Shown here one piece after another: positions 19,904-29,757 of a DNA stretch of 64,000 nt. Each line of letters begins with the position of its first letter. Within the stretch, counting starts at the first letter, position 1. Source of the DNA: Planctomycetota bacterium (GTDB taxonomy: Bacteria > Planctomycetota > B15-G4). The stretch covers positions 4,224,001 to 4,288,000 of the forward strand of contig CBDFJQ010000002.1 of NCBI GenBank assembly GCA_965248575.1, given 5' to 3'. A program made the translations under genes and the position numbers. The notes under the pieces were generated by a model. The model was not told the origin of the DNA, did not search any database, and saw only the letters and a list, made by a program, of their open reading frames with translations.

Positions 19904-22186
19904 TTAGGCCGGGCCGCCCGTCCCACGCGAGGGCCCCATGGGTTTCCGTGCCCTGAGGCGGTGCGCTTTCTTGTCCAGGCGCTCGTGGAGGGCGATCAGC
20001 TCTTGCTGGGAACTGCGGCTCTTGCCCTGCGGTGGTTGGAGCTGGATATAGCTGCCATCCGACTGCATTTCCCACGCAGAACGCTGATCGGCGAACTGTA
20101 ATTCGAAGAGGGTGTGCAGCTCTGCCTGGAGCTTCGGGTCTTCCACCGGAGCGAGCACCTCGACACGGTTGTTGAGGTTGCGTGCCATGCAATCGGCGGA
20201 GCCGATGTAGTACTCCTCCTGGCCGTCGTTCCGGAAGTAGATGATCCGGGAGTGCTCGAGGAAGCGGCCCACCACGCTGATCACCCGAACGTTCTCCGAG
20301 AGACCGGCGATGCCGGGTCTCAAGCGGCAGCTGTCGCGGACGACAAGCTCCACGCGTACGCCGGCCTGGGCTGCTTCGTAGAGCGCCCTGGTGATGGCGG
20401 AGTCCTCCAAGGCGTTCATCTTCATCCGGATCAGGCCCGGAGAGTCTTCGCTGTGGAGCTTCATCTCCCGTTCGATCTTGCTGATCAGCTTCGTCTTGCA
20501 GCCCTTGGGCGCCGTGAGGATCTTCGAGTAGTGGCGCCGGGGCTTGAAGCCCGTGGTGAGGTAGTTGAACAGCTCGGTTATGTCGGCGCCGATGTCCGGG
20601 TCGCTGGTGAGCAGGCCGAGGTCCGAGTAGCGACGCGCTGTCTCGGAGTGGTAGTTGCCGGTGCCGATGTGCGTGTAGCGGCGGAGGCCGTCGTAGTCCT
20701 GGCGCACCACCTGCACAACCTTGCAGTGGGTCTTCAGGCCGACGACGCCGTAGGTCACGTGAATCCCCACTTCCTCCAGACGGCTGGCCCAGCGGATGTT
20801 CGCGGCTTCGTCGAACTTGGCCTTGAGTTCCACTACCACGGCGACCTGCTTGCCATTCCTGGCAGCGTCGATGAGGTACTGGATGACCTTGCTGCCCGGC
20901 GATGTGCGATAGAGGCACATCTTGATGGCGCGCACCTTGGGGTCCCGGCAGGACTCCTTGAGGAAGCGTTCCACAGAGCCGGAAAACGACTGGTACGGGT
21001 GGTGTAGCAGGAGGCTGCCGGTATCCCGGATGACGTGAAAGATGTTGCGGTCGGTGATGAGGTCCGGGTGGTCCACGGGGTGGTGGGTCGTGCGCCGGAG
21101 GTCGGGGTCTTCGACGGCAGACAGGACGTCCGTGAGGTCGGACATGCCCTGCATGCCATCCACCTCGAACACGTCCATGACCTCCGCCAGCCCTAGTTCG
21201 GTGGCGAGCATCGCGCTGTGCTGGGTAGAGATCCCGCTGGACACTTCCAGCCGGACCACTGGCGCGAATTTCCGATCGCGCAGCTCGGTCTCGATCATCT
21301 CCAGCAGATCGTCTGCGTCTTCCTCTTCCGTCTCCGTGTTCGCATTGCGCGTGACACGGAACACAGCGACGTCGTCGATGACCATGCCTGGAAAGAGCAG
21401 ATCGAGGTTGTTCGCGACGATGGACTCCATGGGTACGAAGGTGTGCCGATCCGGAACCTGCTTGAGGCGCGGGATCCCCGACCCCCTGGGCACCTTCACC
21501 CGGGCAAGAGATGTGTTCGGGTCATCGGGGTAGTGCAGATTCACCAGCAGGTTGAGCGAGAGGTTCGAGACGAAGGGGAAGGGATGGGCCGGGTCAGTCC
21601 CCTGTGGAGTGAGCAGGGGGTAGATGTTGGCGATGAAGTCTTCGCGCAGGGACGCCTGATCGTCCTCGGGCAGGTCCTGGTAATGGGTGATGTGGATGTC
21701 GTGCTCGCTCAGTTCGGCCAGGACCGTGCGCATGGTCTCGCGTTTGTGGGCTTCGAGCCGACGCACCAGGGCGTTGCTCTCCTCGATCTGCATGGAGGGT
21801 GTGCGGCCGTCGACGGTGCGGGCGTGAAGGCCTGCACCGAGTTGCTGCTTGAGGCCGCCGATTCGCTTCATGAAGAACTCGTCGATGTTGCCGCTGACGA
21901 TGCCCAAGAACATGAGTCGATCCAGGAGCGGCGTGCGCGGGTCTTCAGCTTCGTGGAGGACGCGGAAGTTGAAGTTGAGCCAGGTGAGCTCCCGGTTGAG
22001 GTAGTACTCGGAGGAGGACAGATCGTGGGTTCCGTCCGCCGAGGCCTTGGGGCTCGGGTCGGGGGCCACAGGTGTGCAGGGCACCTGCGAGGGCATGCCC
22101 AGGTGGGGCCCGTCATGGCCAGCGCTCGCCACGGCATCCGGGGCTTCGTCGCCGCGAGAGGAGTCTGGGGAGGAGCGGGGATTCAT
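19904..22186 (-). CDS. ppk1: Polyphosphate kinase 1
   Basis: YLNRELTWLNFNFRVL, DPAHPFPFVSNLSLN, LLHHPYQSF, ELKAKFDE, GLKTHCK, GRFLEHSRI, SADCMARNLNNRVE. Confidence 0.96.
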   Translation of the reverse strand: MNPRSSPDSSRGDEAPDAVASAGHDGPHLGMPSQVPCTPVAPDPSPKASADGTHDLSSSEYYLNRELTWLNFNFRVLHEAEDPRTPLLDRLMFLGIVSGNIDEFFMKRIGGLKQQLGAGLHARTVDGRTPSMQIEESNALVRRLEAHKRETMRTVLAELSEHDIHITHYQDLPEDDQASLREDFIANIYPLLTPQGTDPAHPFPFVSNLSLNLLVNLHYPDDPNTSLARVKVPRGSGIPRLKQVPDRHTFVPMESIVANNLDLLFPGMVIDDVAVFRVTRNANTETEEEDADDLLEMIETELRDRKFAPVVRLEVSSGISTQHSAMLATELGLAEVMDVFEVDGMQGMSDLTDVLSAVEDPDLRRTTHHPVDHPDLITDRNIFHVIRDTGSLLLHHPYQSFSGSVERFLKESCRDPKVRAIKMCLYRTSPGSKVIQYLIDAARNGKQVAVVVELKAKFDEAANIRWASRLEEVGIHVTYGVVGLKTHCKVVQVVRQDYDGLRRYTHIGTGNYHSETARRYSDLGLLTSDPDIGADITELFNYLTTGFKPRRHYSKILTAPKGCKTKLISKIEREMKLHSEDSPGLIRMKMNALEDSAITRALYEAAQAGVRVELVVRDSCRLRPGIAGLSENVRVISVVGRFLEHSRIIYFRNDGQEEYYIGSADCMARNLNNRVEVLAPVEDPKLQAELHTLFELQFADQRSAWEMQSDGSYIQLQPPQGKSRSSQQELIALHERLDKKAHRLRARKPMGPSRGTGGPA

Positions 22187-22347
22187 GAGCGGGCTACAAG
22201 GGGTGGGTCACCGGATGCTTTCATCGGTCAGACGTGATTATCATCCTGATTCCGCTTTCGCGCTGATCCGCTCCGGGCGGGCGCCTGGTGGCTGGGCCCT
22301 CCTGACCTGGAACACCCCAAACGCACGATCCTGGTGCCCTGGAGGGC

Positions 22348-22911
22348 ATGCACATGGAGCCTGACCCGATGGTCGCTCGCCAACTCCTGATCATGCGGCA
22401 CGGCAAGGCCGCGTGGGGCGGGCCCGGCACACGCGATTTTGACCGAAGCCTCACAGAGCGTGGGTGGCGGGATGCCCGGTCGGTCGGAGGGCGGTTGCAG
22501 GCTGCTGGTCTGGTGCCGGACCACGTGGTGTGTTCCAGCGCGCAGCGCGCGCGCTCCACCGTCGAGGCGGTGCTGGGCGAGATGGACATCCCTTTGGACA
22601 CGGTGCGCTGGTGTGAGGACATCTACGAGGCGACGCCGGCCACGCTCTTGCGCGTGCTGGGCGAGATACCCGCCCCGGCACGGTGTGTGTTGATCGTGGG
22701 CCACAATCCAGGTTTCGAGATGCTCACGACCCTGTTGGCGGCCAGCCAACTGAAGATGCCTGAGCGGGGAGCCTTCTTTCCCACGGCTGGCCTGGCGCGT
22801 CTTGCGGTGCTGTACGACAGCGGGCACGAGGGGGACTTCACGTGGGGTTCGCTACACGCCGGGAGCTGTGAAGTCCTGGAGATGCTGCGCCCGAAAACGA
22901 TCGACGACTAG
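22348..22911 (+). CDS. sixA: SixA-like phosphohistidine phosphatase
   Basis: LLIMRHGKA, DFDRSLTERG, CSSAQRARST, IVGHNPG, FPTAG. Confidence 0.85.
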   Translation: MHMEPDPMVARQLLIMRHGKAAWGGPGTRDFDRSLTERGWRDARSVGGRLQAAGLVPDHVVCSSAQRARSTVEAVLGEMDIPLDTVRWCEDIYEATPATLLRVLGEIPAPARCVLIVGHNPGFEMLTTLLAASQLKMPERGAFFPTAGLARLAVLYDSGHEGDFTWGSLHAGSCEVLEMLRPKTIDD

Positions 22912-24143
22912 TCCCAGCGCACGGCCCGGGAGCTGTCCCGGGGGGTCAGGACCGTTTCCGGGCCCGTCTCCGGTTCGCGTCGGAAACCGAGCAGGTGGAA
23001 GATCTGCCGCACGAACCAGCGGGCCCGCTGGCGGTCCACGAGGAAGCTCCCCTGTCGGCTGGGGTGTCGCCGCACGCCTGGCAGGAGGTGCACCCAGCGC
23101 ATGGCTTGCAGTTGGCGCAACCACGCGGAGGCCGCGAGCCAGATGGGATGCACAGGCCGGACCAGGAAGAAGCCGTCGGACCCGAGCCCTTGGTAACGAG
23201 GCATCAACATCAGGGCGGAGACGGGCGCGGTCACGGGGCCTTGCCGATCGAGAGCCAGGAGGTCACCGCGCGAGATGCGTTGGAAGCTGCTGAAGCCCGG
23301 TTCCATCTGGAATTCGGCTTCGGGTCGCACCTCGTGGCGGTGGCGCACCTCGACCACGCTTGCGATGCCGCCGTTGACTTGGGCGAGCAACGCGCGTGCC
23401 TGGCGCGGCTCCGGGCGGCTGTCCCGGGCCAGGATTCCCGCAGTCTCCATGGCGATCCAGATCGCGGCGGCGGCGTGCTCCACACTGCTTGGCTCTTGGT
23501 GCTGTCCACCCTCAAAGGCGATGGCAGGGATCGGGTACTTGGAAATGACGTATCCGGTGAGCGTGCCAGCGAGTTCCTCTTCCAGACCGAGGACGCGCGG
23601 GACGGGGAGCCTTCCGGCGAAGGCTCGATTGCGCAGCGTGTCATCCATGACCACGAAGGGACTGCCCGGTCCCGAAGTGCTGTGCAGGTCGAGTAGGCAG
23701 TCCGCCTGCGGCAAGACCCTGCTCAGCTCGGCGTGCAGCTCCCGTAGCTCGAGTGCTTCCGGGGAGAGTTCCGCCGGATCCGAGGCGCAGACGGACTCGA
23801 TGTTCTCTGGCCGCCAGACGCGGTTCATGTCTTCGGCAATGTGGCGCACGTCCTGTCTGAGGGCGGCGCGATTGCCGGAGAACCCGACCAGGCGTCCTAC
23901 GAGTCCGCTGTCATCCTCGCCCAAGGTGGCGAGGATCCGTTGCAGTGCCAAAACCCCGGAGCGTTCGTTGCCATGAAGCCCCGCAACGCAAACAAGAGTG
24001 GGGCAGGGCCCGGAGCCGTGCCCCTGGGTCTGCGAGTTGCCGCGAAGATCCCCCAGAAGCCGCGGGACCTCGAAGGCTTCCGCAGGGTCGGGGGAGTGCG
24101 CCAGGTGCTGCGCGGTGTTGATGTTGTTTAGGAAGGCGGACAC
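22908..24143 (-). CDS. Succinylglutamate desuccinylase/aspartoacylase (M14-like) family protein
   Basis: Zn motif AGLHGNE, DMNRVW, LLDLHST, FEGGQH. Start estimated at GTG 24143; the ORF-track extension to 24932 overlaps a separate gene. Confidence 0.82.
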   Translation of the reverse strand: MSAFLNNINTAQHLAHSPDPAEAFEVPRLLGDLRGNSQTQGHGSGPCPTLVCVAGLHGNERSGVLALQRILATLGEDDSGLVGRLVGFSGNRAALRQDVRHIAEDMNRVWRPENIESVCASDPAELSPEALELRELHAELSRVLPQADCLLDLHSTSGPGSPFVVMDDTLRNRAFAGRLPVPRVLGLEEELAGTLTGYVISKYPIPAIAFEGGQHQEPSSVEHAAAAIWIAMETAGILARDSRPEPRQARALLAQVNGGIASVVEVRHRHEVRPEAEFQMEPGFSSFQRISRGDLLALDRQGPVTAPVSALMLMPRYQGLGSDGFFLVRPVHPIWLAASAWLRQLQAMRWVHLLPGVRRHPSRQGSFLVDRQRARWFVRQIFHLLGFRREPETGPETVLTPRDSSRAVRWD

Positions 24144-24256
24144 AGGATCCGGGCTAGGATAATCGATTGTCGCTCCTGGCTCGACGGAAAGCCGACACTT
24201 CTGGCCCCTCAGCCGAGAGCTTTTGAGGTCGCTGGAGCCCTGGGGCTCATGGCGCG

Positions 24257-24865
24257 TTAGGGCGTGGGCCCTTGAAGCCTGTGTGGCAGCGGCGGGACGA
24301 AGCCACTGGCGATCAGGTCTCGCTCCATTTCCAGCTCGTGGGCGGCCGTTGCGGCGGCTTGCTGCCTGAAACCTGAGCAGGTGTGGGCCTCCAGGGCCTC
24401 GGGGCATCCATCGCACATGCGAGCGCGGCGAGGTGCCCGCTGGAGGGTGTAGAGCCGCATCATCGCGGCCAGGGCGGCCAAGGCCAGGAGGCCCTCGAGC
24501 AGTTGGCCCCCGAGGGTAGCCAGGGCGGCGAGGGCCACGCTCGCACCGGCCATGCCTCGCAGCAGGTCCCGGACGAGCCGGGGCCAGCGTGAGTGGAGCG
24601 CGGGGTGCGAGAACACCGCGACGGTGGGCAAGAGCACGCTCAACGCTCTTGGCGCGGCCTCCGGCTGGATGGCCTGGTTCCAGGAAAGCAGCGCCGTGAG
24701 GCCGAGGCCAGCCCACAGCGCACTGCAACTGCGGCAGAGGGAAAGCCGGCCCAAGCGCAGGACGTCCGCGGAGAACCGTTCGCAGAGGGGCTTGTGGGCC
24801 CACCGATACGGCCACGCGTGGCGCCACCAAGAGGCCCGTTGGTTGAGCGACCGGCGCAGGTTCAC
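24257..24865 (-). CDS. Cys-containing membrane protein (DUF2085-like)
   Basis: AHKPLCERF...LCRSC..LWAG, several hydrophobic helices, C-terminal CDGCPE...CSG; start overlaps the upstream gene's stop. Confidence 0.6.
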   Translation of the reverse strand: MNLRRSLNQRASWWRHAWPYRWAHKPLCERFSADVLRLGRLSLCRSCSALWAGLGLTALLSWNQAIQPEAAPRALSVLLPTVAVFSHPALHSRWPRLVRDLLRGMAGASVALAALATLGGQLLEGLLALAALAAMMRLYTLQRAPRRARMCDGCPEALEAHTCSGFRQQAAATAAHELEMERDLIASGFVPPLPHRLQGPTP

Positions 24866-25323
24866 GCCGGGGGGCCCGGAGGCTGTCCACGCAGGCTCTC
24901 GGCGATGTCGAACAGGATGTTGCCGACGGCACCCGTGGGGACGTATCCCACGACGGGCTGGATGACGACTGCCGTGCCGTGCACGACCGTCATGGTGTTG
25001 CCCATGCTCGTGAGTTCGAACTCCACGTTGATGATGGCGTTGGCGCTCTGGCGTTTCGCCATGGCCAGCATGCGATCCACGGACCGTTGGCGCGCTTCAT
25101 CGCCCAAGGTCGTGTAGGAGGTGAGCTCGCCGCCGCTGATGGTCTTGACGCCCATCGCGCAGTCCTGGCCGATGTCCTTCGAGCGCATGGAGATGCCCCA
25201 GCACATCCCCTTGTAGTCGACGATCTCGTAGCCGTCGAAGCCTTCGGCACCGCTCATGAGGACCCGGCCGCCGTCGATCTCAGGCCGGGTGCCCGAGCGC
25301 AGGTCTTCCCTGTTCAGCGTCAT
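24862..25323 (-). CDS. YbjQ/UPF0145 (putative heavy-metal-binding) family protein
   Basis: GYEIVDYKG, GGELTSYTTL..EAR..SVDRM...A....ANAIINVEFE, VHGTAV. Confidence 0.85.
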   Translation of the reverse strand: MTLNREDLRSGTRPEIDGGRVLMSGAEGFDGYEIVDYKGMCWGISMRSKDIGQDCAMGVKTISGGELTSYTTLGDEARQRSVDRMLAMAKRQSANAIINVEFELTSMGNTMTVVHGTAVVIQPVVGYVPTGAVGNILFDIAESLRGQPPGPPA

Positions 25324-25324
25324 C

Positions 25325-25528
25325 TCAGTTCTTTCCCTGTTGTTGAAGCGTGGCGCCACAGCTGTTGCAGTGCGCGGCCTCCATGAGCTCGACGCGGACG
25401 CGTTCACCGCACTGCGGGCAGGCATAGGTCTTGCGGCTCTCCATGGCGCGCAGGAAGAACACGATGCCGAAGCCCAGGACCAATCCGCCGGCCACGGCGA
25501 TGACGATCAGATCTCCAGTCCAACCCAT
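25325..25528 (-). CDS. Small single-pass membrane protein with zinc ribbon (CPQC...CNSC)
   Basis: Strong RBS (GAAGGAG) upstream; N-terminal TM helix; two CxxC pairs; stop 1 nt before the ybjQ-like start. Confidence 0.75.
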   Translation of the reverse strand: MGWTGDLIVIAVAGGLVLGFGIVFFLRAMESRKTYACPQCGERVRVELMEAAHCNSCGATLQQQGKN

Positions 25529-25781
25529 GAGTGGCTCCTTCTCGACCCTCGGTGCGGGTGCCGATCCGCACGTGCTTCGACCCGTCGCCCGTCGGCACGA
25601 CCGCTTCTTGGGAAGGGTGACGACCCGATTCTATGCGGCCCCCCGAGGAATCTGAATGAGAAGCCCCGGGTGTTTCGTGCCGTCTCCAGGCTAGGTCCCG
25701 CGCACTGGCTGATGGGGTGCCTTGTGGTACGTTTCCGTTCTAGATGCACCGTCTATGACGCGCCCAGCGCCGAGGGTCGAC

Positions 25782-27743
25782 ATGCCTGAGTCCTCCGAAT
25801 CCCACGACCCTGTTTTCCCGCCTTCCGCAGCCTTCGCCGAGCGGGCTCGCGTTGGCTCCATGGATGCCTATCAGGATCTCTACGACCGCTCGGTCGCGGA
25901 CCCGGAGGCCTTCTGGGCCGAGGTCGCCCAGCGCATCGATTGGGAGCGGCCGTGGGATCGCGTCCTAGATTGGGATTTCGAGCGAGCCCACATCCGCTGG
26001 TTCGAGGGTGGGCGCCTGAACGCCACCGTCAACTGCCTGGACCGGCACGTGAATGCGGGGCGCGGCGAGCGCACCGCCATCATCTGGGAAGGGGACGACC
26101 CCGCCCACGACCGGCACATCAGCTACAGCGAGCTGCTGCGAGAGGTGTGCCGCTTCGCGAACGTGCTGCGCAAGCGGGGAGTGAGCAAGGGTGACCGGGT
26201 CTGCCTCTACATGCCCATGGTGCCGGAGCTCGCCATCGCGATGCTGGCCTGCGCCCGGGTGGGGGCCGTGCACAGCATCGTGTTCGGCGGATTCTCGGCG
26301 ACGTCCTTGCGCGACCGCATCCTGGACAGCAGTTGTCGCACCGTGGTCACCGCCGATCAGGGCGTCCGGGCTGGCAAACCCATCCACCTGAAGAAGATCA
26401 CCGACGAGGCGGTCGATGGCGTGGAGTGCGTGCAGGAGGTCATCGTCTTCCAGCGCACAGGTGCCGAGGTGGACATGACGGCCGACCGGGACTTCTGGTG
26501 GCACGACGAAGTGTCCGCGGGCGACATCGCCGACGAGTGCACTCCGGAGAGCATGGATGCCGAGGACCCGCTCTTCATCCTCTACACGTCCGGCTCCACG
26601 GGGCAGCCCAAGGGTGTGCTGCACACGACGGGTGGCTACATGGTGTACGTCGCGTACACCCACGAGCTCGTCTTCGACCACCGCGATGACGACATCTATT
26701 GGTGCACGGCCGACATCGGCTGGGTGACGGGGCACAGCTACATCGTCTATGGGCCCCTGGCCAATGGGGCGACCACCGTGATGTTCGAGGGTGTTCCCAA
26801 CTACCCGGATGCGGGGCGCTTCTGGGATGTGGTGGACAAGCATCAGGTGAGCCTGTTCTACACGGCGCCCACTGCCATCCGCGCGCTGATGACGGCCGGC
26901 GACGAGCCGGTGACCTCCCGCTCCAGGAAGACCCTGCGCTTGCTCGGCACCGTCGGGGAGCCGATCAATGTGGACGCCTGGGAGTGGTACCACCAGGTGG
27001 TGGGCGAGGAACGCTGCCCCATCGTCGACACCTGGTGGCAGACGGAGACTGGGGGCATCCTCATCTCACCGCTCCCGGGTGCGACGCCCGCCAAGCCGGG
27101 CAAGGCCTCGCTACCGTTGCCGGGTATCCGCCCCGAGATCGTGGACGACCAGGGGCATGTGCTCGAGGGGAATTCCGTCTCCGGTTATCTCTGCATGGGC
27201 TTCCCCTGGCCGGGAATGATGCGCGGTGTCTACGGCGACCACGAGCGGTTCCAGCAGACCTACTTCTCCCAGTACCCGGGCAAGTACTTCACGGGCGACG
27301 GCGCGCTGCGCGATGCCGATGGGTACTACAAGATCACGGGGCGCGTGGACGACGTGATCAACGTCTCGGGGCACCGCATGGGCACGGCCGAAGTGGAGTC
27401 CGCCTTGGACACCCATGAGGCGGTGGTCGAGGCTGCCGTCGTGGGCATGCCTCACGCCATCAAGGGGCAGGGCATCTATGCCTACGTCACCTTGGGCAAG
27501 GGGCAGGAGGGTGATGATGCCCTGCGCGCCGAGCTGGTGAAGACCGTGCGCGAGGTCATCGGCCCCATCGCGAGCCCGGACCAGATCCAGTTTGCGGCGG
27601 CCCTGCCCAAGACCCGGAGTGGCAAGATCATGCGCCGGATCCTGCGCAAGATCGCTGCAGGGGAAGTGGATCAGCTCGGCGACACCACGACCTTGGCTGA
27701 CCCGGCAGTCGTGCCCTTCCTGGTCGAGGGGCGCTGCAGCTAG
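25782..27743 (+). CDS. acs: Acetyl-CoA synthetase
   Basis: [65 protein letters not shown]. Confidence 0.96.
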   Translation: MPESSESHDPVFPPSAAFAERARVGSMDAYQDLYDRSVADPEAFWAEVAQRIDWERPWDRVLDWDFERAHIRWFEGGRLNATVNCLDRHVNAGRGERTAIIWEGDDPAHDRHISYSELLREVCRFANVLRKRGVSKGDRVCLYMPMVPELAIAMLACARVGAVHSIVFGGFSATSLRDRILDSSCRTVVTADQGVRAGKPIHLKKITDEAVDGVECVQEVIVFQRTGAEVDMTADRDFWWHDEVSAGDIADECTPESMDAEDPLFILYTSGSTGQPKGVLHTTGGYMVYVAYTHELVFDHRDDDIYWCTADIGWVTGHSYIVYGPLANGATTVMFEGVPNYPDAGRFWDVVDKHQVSLFYTAPTAIRALMTAGDEPVTSRSRKTLRLLGTVGEPINVDAWEWYHQVVGEERCPIVDTWWQTETGGILISPLPGATPAKPGKASLPLPGIRPEIVDDQGHVLEGNSVSGYLCMGFPWPGMMRGVYGDHERFQQTYFSQYPGKYFTGDGALRDADGYYKITGRVDDVINVSGHRMGTAEVESALDTHEAVVEAAVVGMPHAIKGQGIYAYVTLGKGQEGDDALRAELVKTVREVIGPIASPDQIQFAAALPKTRSGKIMRRILRKIAAGEVDQLGDTTTLADPAVVPFLVEGRCS

Positions 27744-27839
27744 CTTTCCTCAACTCGATCAGGGCAGACGGTCGATGAGCCCAGGTTGGCCGCCTGCAGC
27801 GCAGGCGGCACCCTGTGTGCTTGAGTTGAGAAGGCCCCG

Positions 27840-29702
27840 ATGATGGATTCCCCGCGACCAAGAGTTGCTGAGCTCGGGCGCCGCCGTTGGCAGAGCGTCA
27901 TCGCCCTGGTGGCGGTGTTGACGGTCCTCGTGGTGGGGATCACGGGGCACAAGCAGATCGTGCTCGTGATTCCACGCGCCGACGCCTTGGGGATGTCCTC
28001 TGATTTTGATGTGGGTTTCGCGAGCCTGCGTGCCTTGATCGAGCAAGCACACGATGTCGAGTTGCGATCTCCCGGCGAGCTTGCGTTGCTGGATGGGCAG
28101 GGTTCCTGGTCGACCGTCTCGCGAGAGGCCGCGATGTTGCGCCTCGTGCGTTCGGACGGGCGGGTGGAGAACCTGGCCTGGGGAGTCCAAGAACTCGCCT
28201 TCAAGCTCCGACACCACCGCAGCCTGGTTGATGCGCCGGCCGAGGCGCTCAGCGGGGAACTCTGTCAGGCACCCAGGCCCACAGGTGTGGCCCGTGCGCT
28301 CGTGATGGCCGCGGGACAGGACGTCGCGCTGGGTTTCACGCTGCTGGCGGAGGGCCTGCCTGAGCGCAAGACGGTCCCGGAGGCGGATGAAGAAGTCCTG
28401 AGCGCCGTGCCGCAGCTGTTGAAGATCCGTGCTGGACGCATCCAGGGTCACACGCAGGAGTTCTGTCACCTGCACGCGGAAGCGCCTCACGTCAGCGATC
28501 ACTCGGCTGAAGGCGGGCGCCTGCGCGTCGAGCTGTTCGAGGCGCGCTACCCGGGTGACGCTCGGCCGGTTGGCCAGGGGCTGGCCGCCTTGGAACTGCC
28601 CATGTCCCAGCTTCCGGCTGCGCCCTACAACTGGTTCGACGCGGGGGACCAAGAGGAGGTCCTGCCGCCGGAGGTGCTCGACCCGCGACGGGGCGTGGCC
28701 TGGGATTGGTGGAAGCGGCACGCGGACGTCGTGTTGAACGTCACACCCACCTTGGAAGAGGTCACCCTCGACCTGGCATCGCTACGCCATGAGTTGCAAC
28801 CCGGGCGTGCGTACACTTTGGTCCTGACGGCCCAAGGGCACGACCTGTTGGTGCTGGAGGCGGCGGATCCCGAAGCGGGTGCGGCGAGTGCGTTCGAGGC
28901 GAGCACGCTCTTTCCCGTGGCTCGCCGCGAACAGGCCCTCGATCGTTGGTGTGTCGACGACCTTCAGGTGTGGCGGTCGCTGAAAGGCACGCAGTTCTTG
29001 AGCACGACCCAGGAGCTGATGCTTCCCGAACGTGTGGAAGTCCGCCTTGAGTTGGCTGGTGGCATGGCCCTGGACGCTTCCCTGCCCACACGGGGCGGTG
29101 GGGGTGAGCTGGATGGCCTGCGGCGGGTGAACGAGACCCGGAGGGCGCGGGTGGCCCTGGGGGACGCTTTGCAGCAATCGTCCATCGAGGGCCGGCTTGC
29201 GAGTTGGATGGCTGAGAATCCGGAGGCGCCCGTATTGCGCTACTCCGGCCAGAGCCTGTTGCAGGACGCTGAACTCTGGGGCCTGCTGGTGGTGGAGCCT
29301 GGAGCCCACCTCTATCTGGACAACGTGGTGCTGCACGGAGCCGTGGTCTCTTCCGGTGCGCTTCCGGGTGCGGACGTTGCACGGGGCCCGAACGGTCCGA
29401 CGGTGACCGTGGATGGGTCGGTCCAGATCGACTCCATGGGTGCCGTGAAGGGTGTCGCGGTCTACCTGCCGGATGGCCGGTTCGAGATCCGGGGCGAGGA
29501 GGGTGTTGCTGCTGGCATGAGCCAGCGCACGCCCAAGGTGCAGATCGATGGCGACCTGCTGGCTCGCGAGCTGGAGCTCGGAGGCCAGGGCAGCGTCTGG
29601 GGCCAGCTGGCTTCGGAGATGCTGCCGGTCTGCGGACCGGGAATCGTCCAGCCCCGCCTTCAACGCCTGCGCCAGCTGCGAACTCCCGGGCTCGAGCGCT
29701 GA
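27840..29702 (+). CDS. Hypothetical membrane-anchored protein with a C-terminal beta-helix-like region
   Basis: 620-aa ORF filling the gap; N-terminal TM (VIALVAVLTVLVVGI); C-terminal V/I-x-G strand repeats. Function not recognised. Confidence 0.6.
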   Translation: MMDSPRPRVAELGRRRWQSVIALVAVLTVLVVGITGHKQIVLVIPRADALGMSSDFDVGFASLRALIEQAHDVELRSPGELALLDGQGSWSTVSREAAMLRLVRSDGRVENLAWGVQELAFKLRHHRSLVDAPAEALSGELCQAPRPTGVARALVMAAGQDVALGFTLLAEGLPERKTVPEADEEVLSAVPQLLKIRAGRIQGHTQEFCHLHAEAPHVSDHSAEGGRLRVELFEARYPGDARPVGQGLAALELPMSQLPAAPYNWFDAGDQEEVLPPEVLDPRRGVAWDWWKRHADVVLNVTPTLEEVTLDLASLRHELQPGRAYTLVLTAQGHDLLVLEAADPEAGAASAFEASTLFPVARREQALDRWCVDDLQVWRSLKGTQFLSTTQELMLPERVEVRLELAGGMALDASLPTRGGGGELDGLRRVNETRRARVALGDALQQSSIEGRLASWMAENPEAPVLRYSGQSLLQDAELWGLLVVEPGAHLYLDNVVLHGAVVSSGALPGADVARGPNGPTVTVDGSVQIDSMGAVKGVAVYLPDGRFEIRGEEGVAAGMSQRTPKVQIDGDLLARELELGGQGSVWGQLASEMLPVCGPGIVQPRLQRLRQLRTPGLER

Positions 29703-29757
29703 GCCGCGCGGCCGCTCTCGCGCATTGGTCGTTCCTGCGCCGTGCTGGTCGAGCTGC

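Noticed and set aside
24144..24932. 674-aa version of the desuccinylase ORF
   Set aside because: The N-terminal ~260 aa are low-complexity off-frame sequence overlapping the 24257-24865 membrane protein gene.
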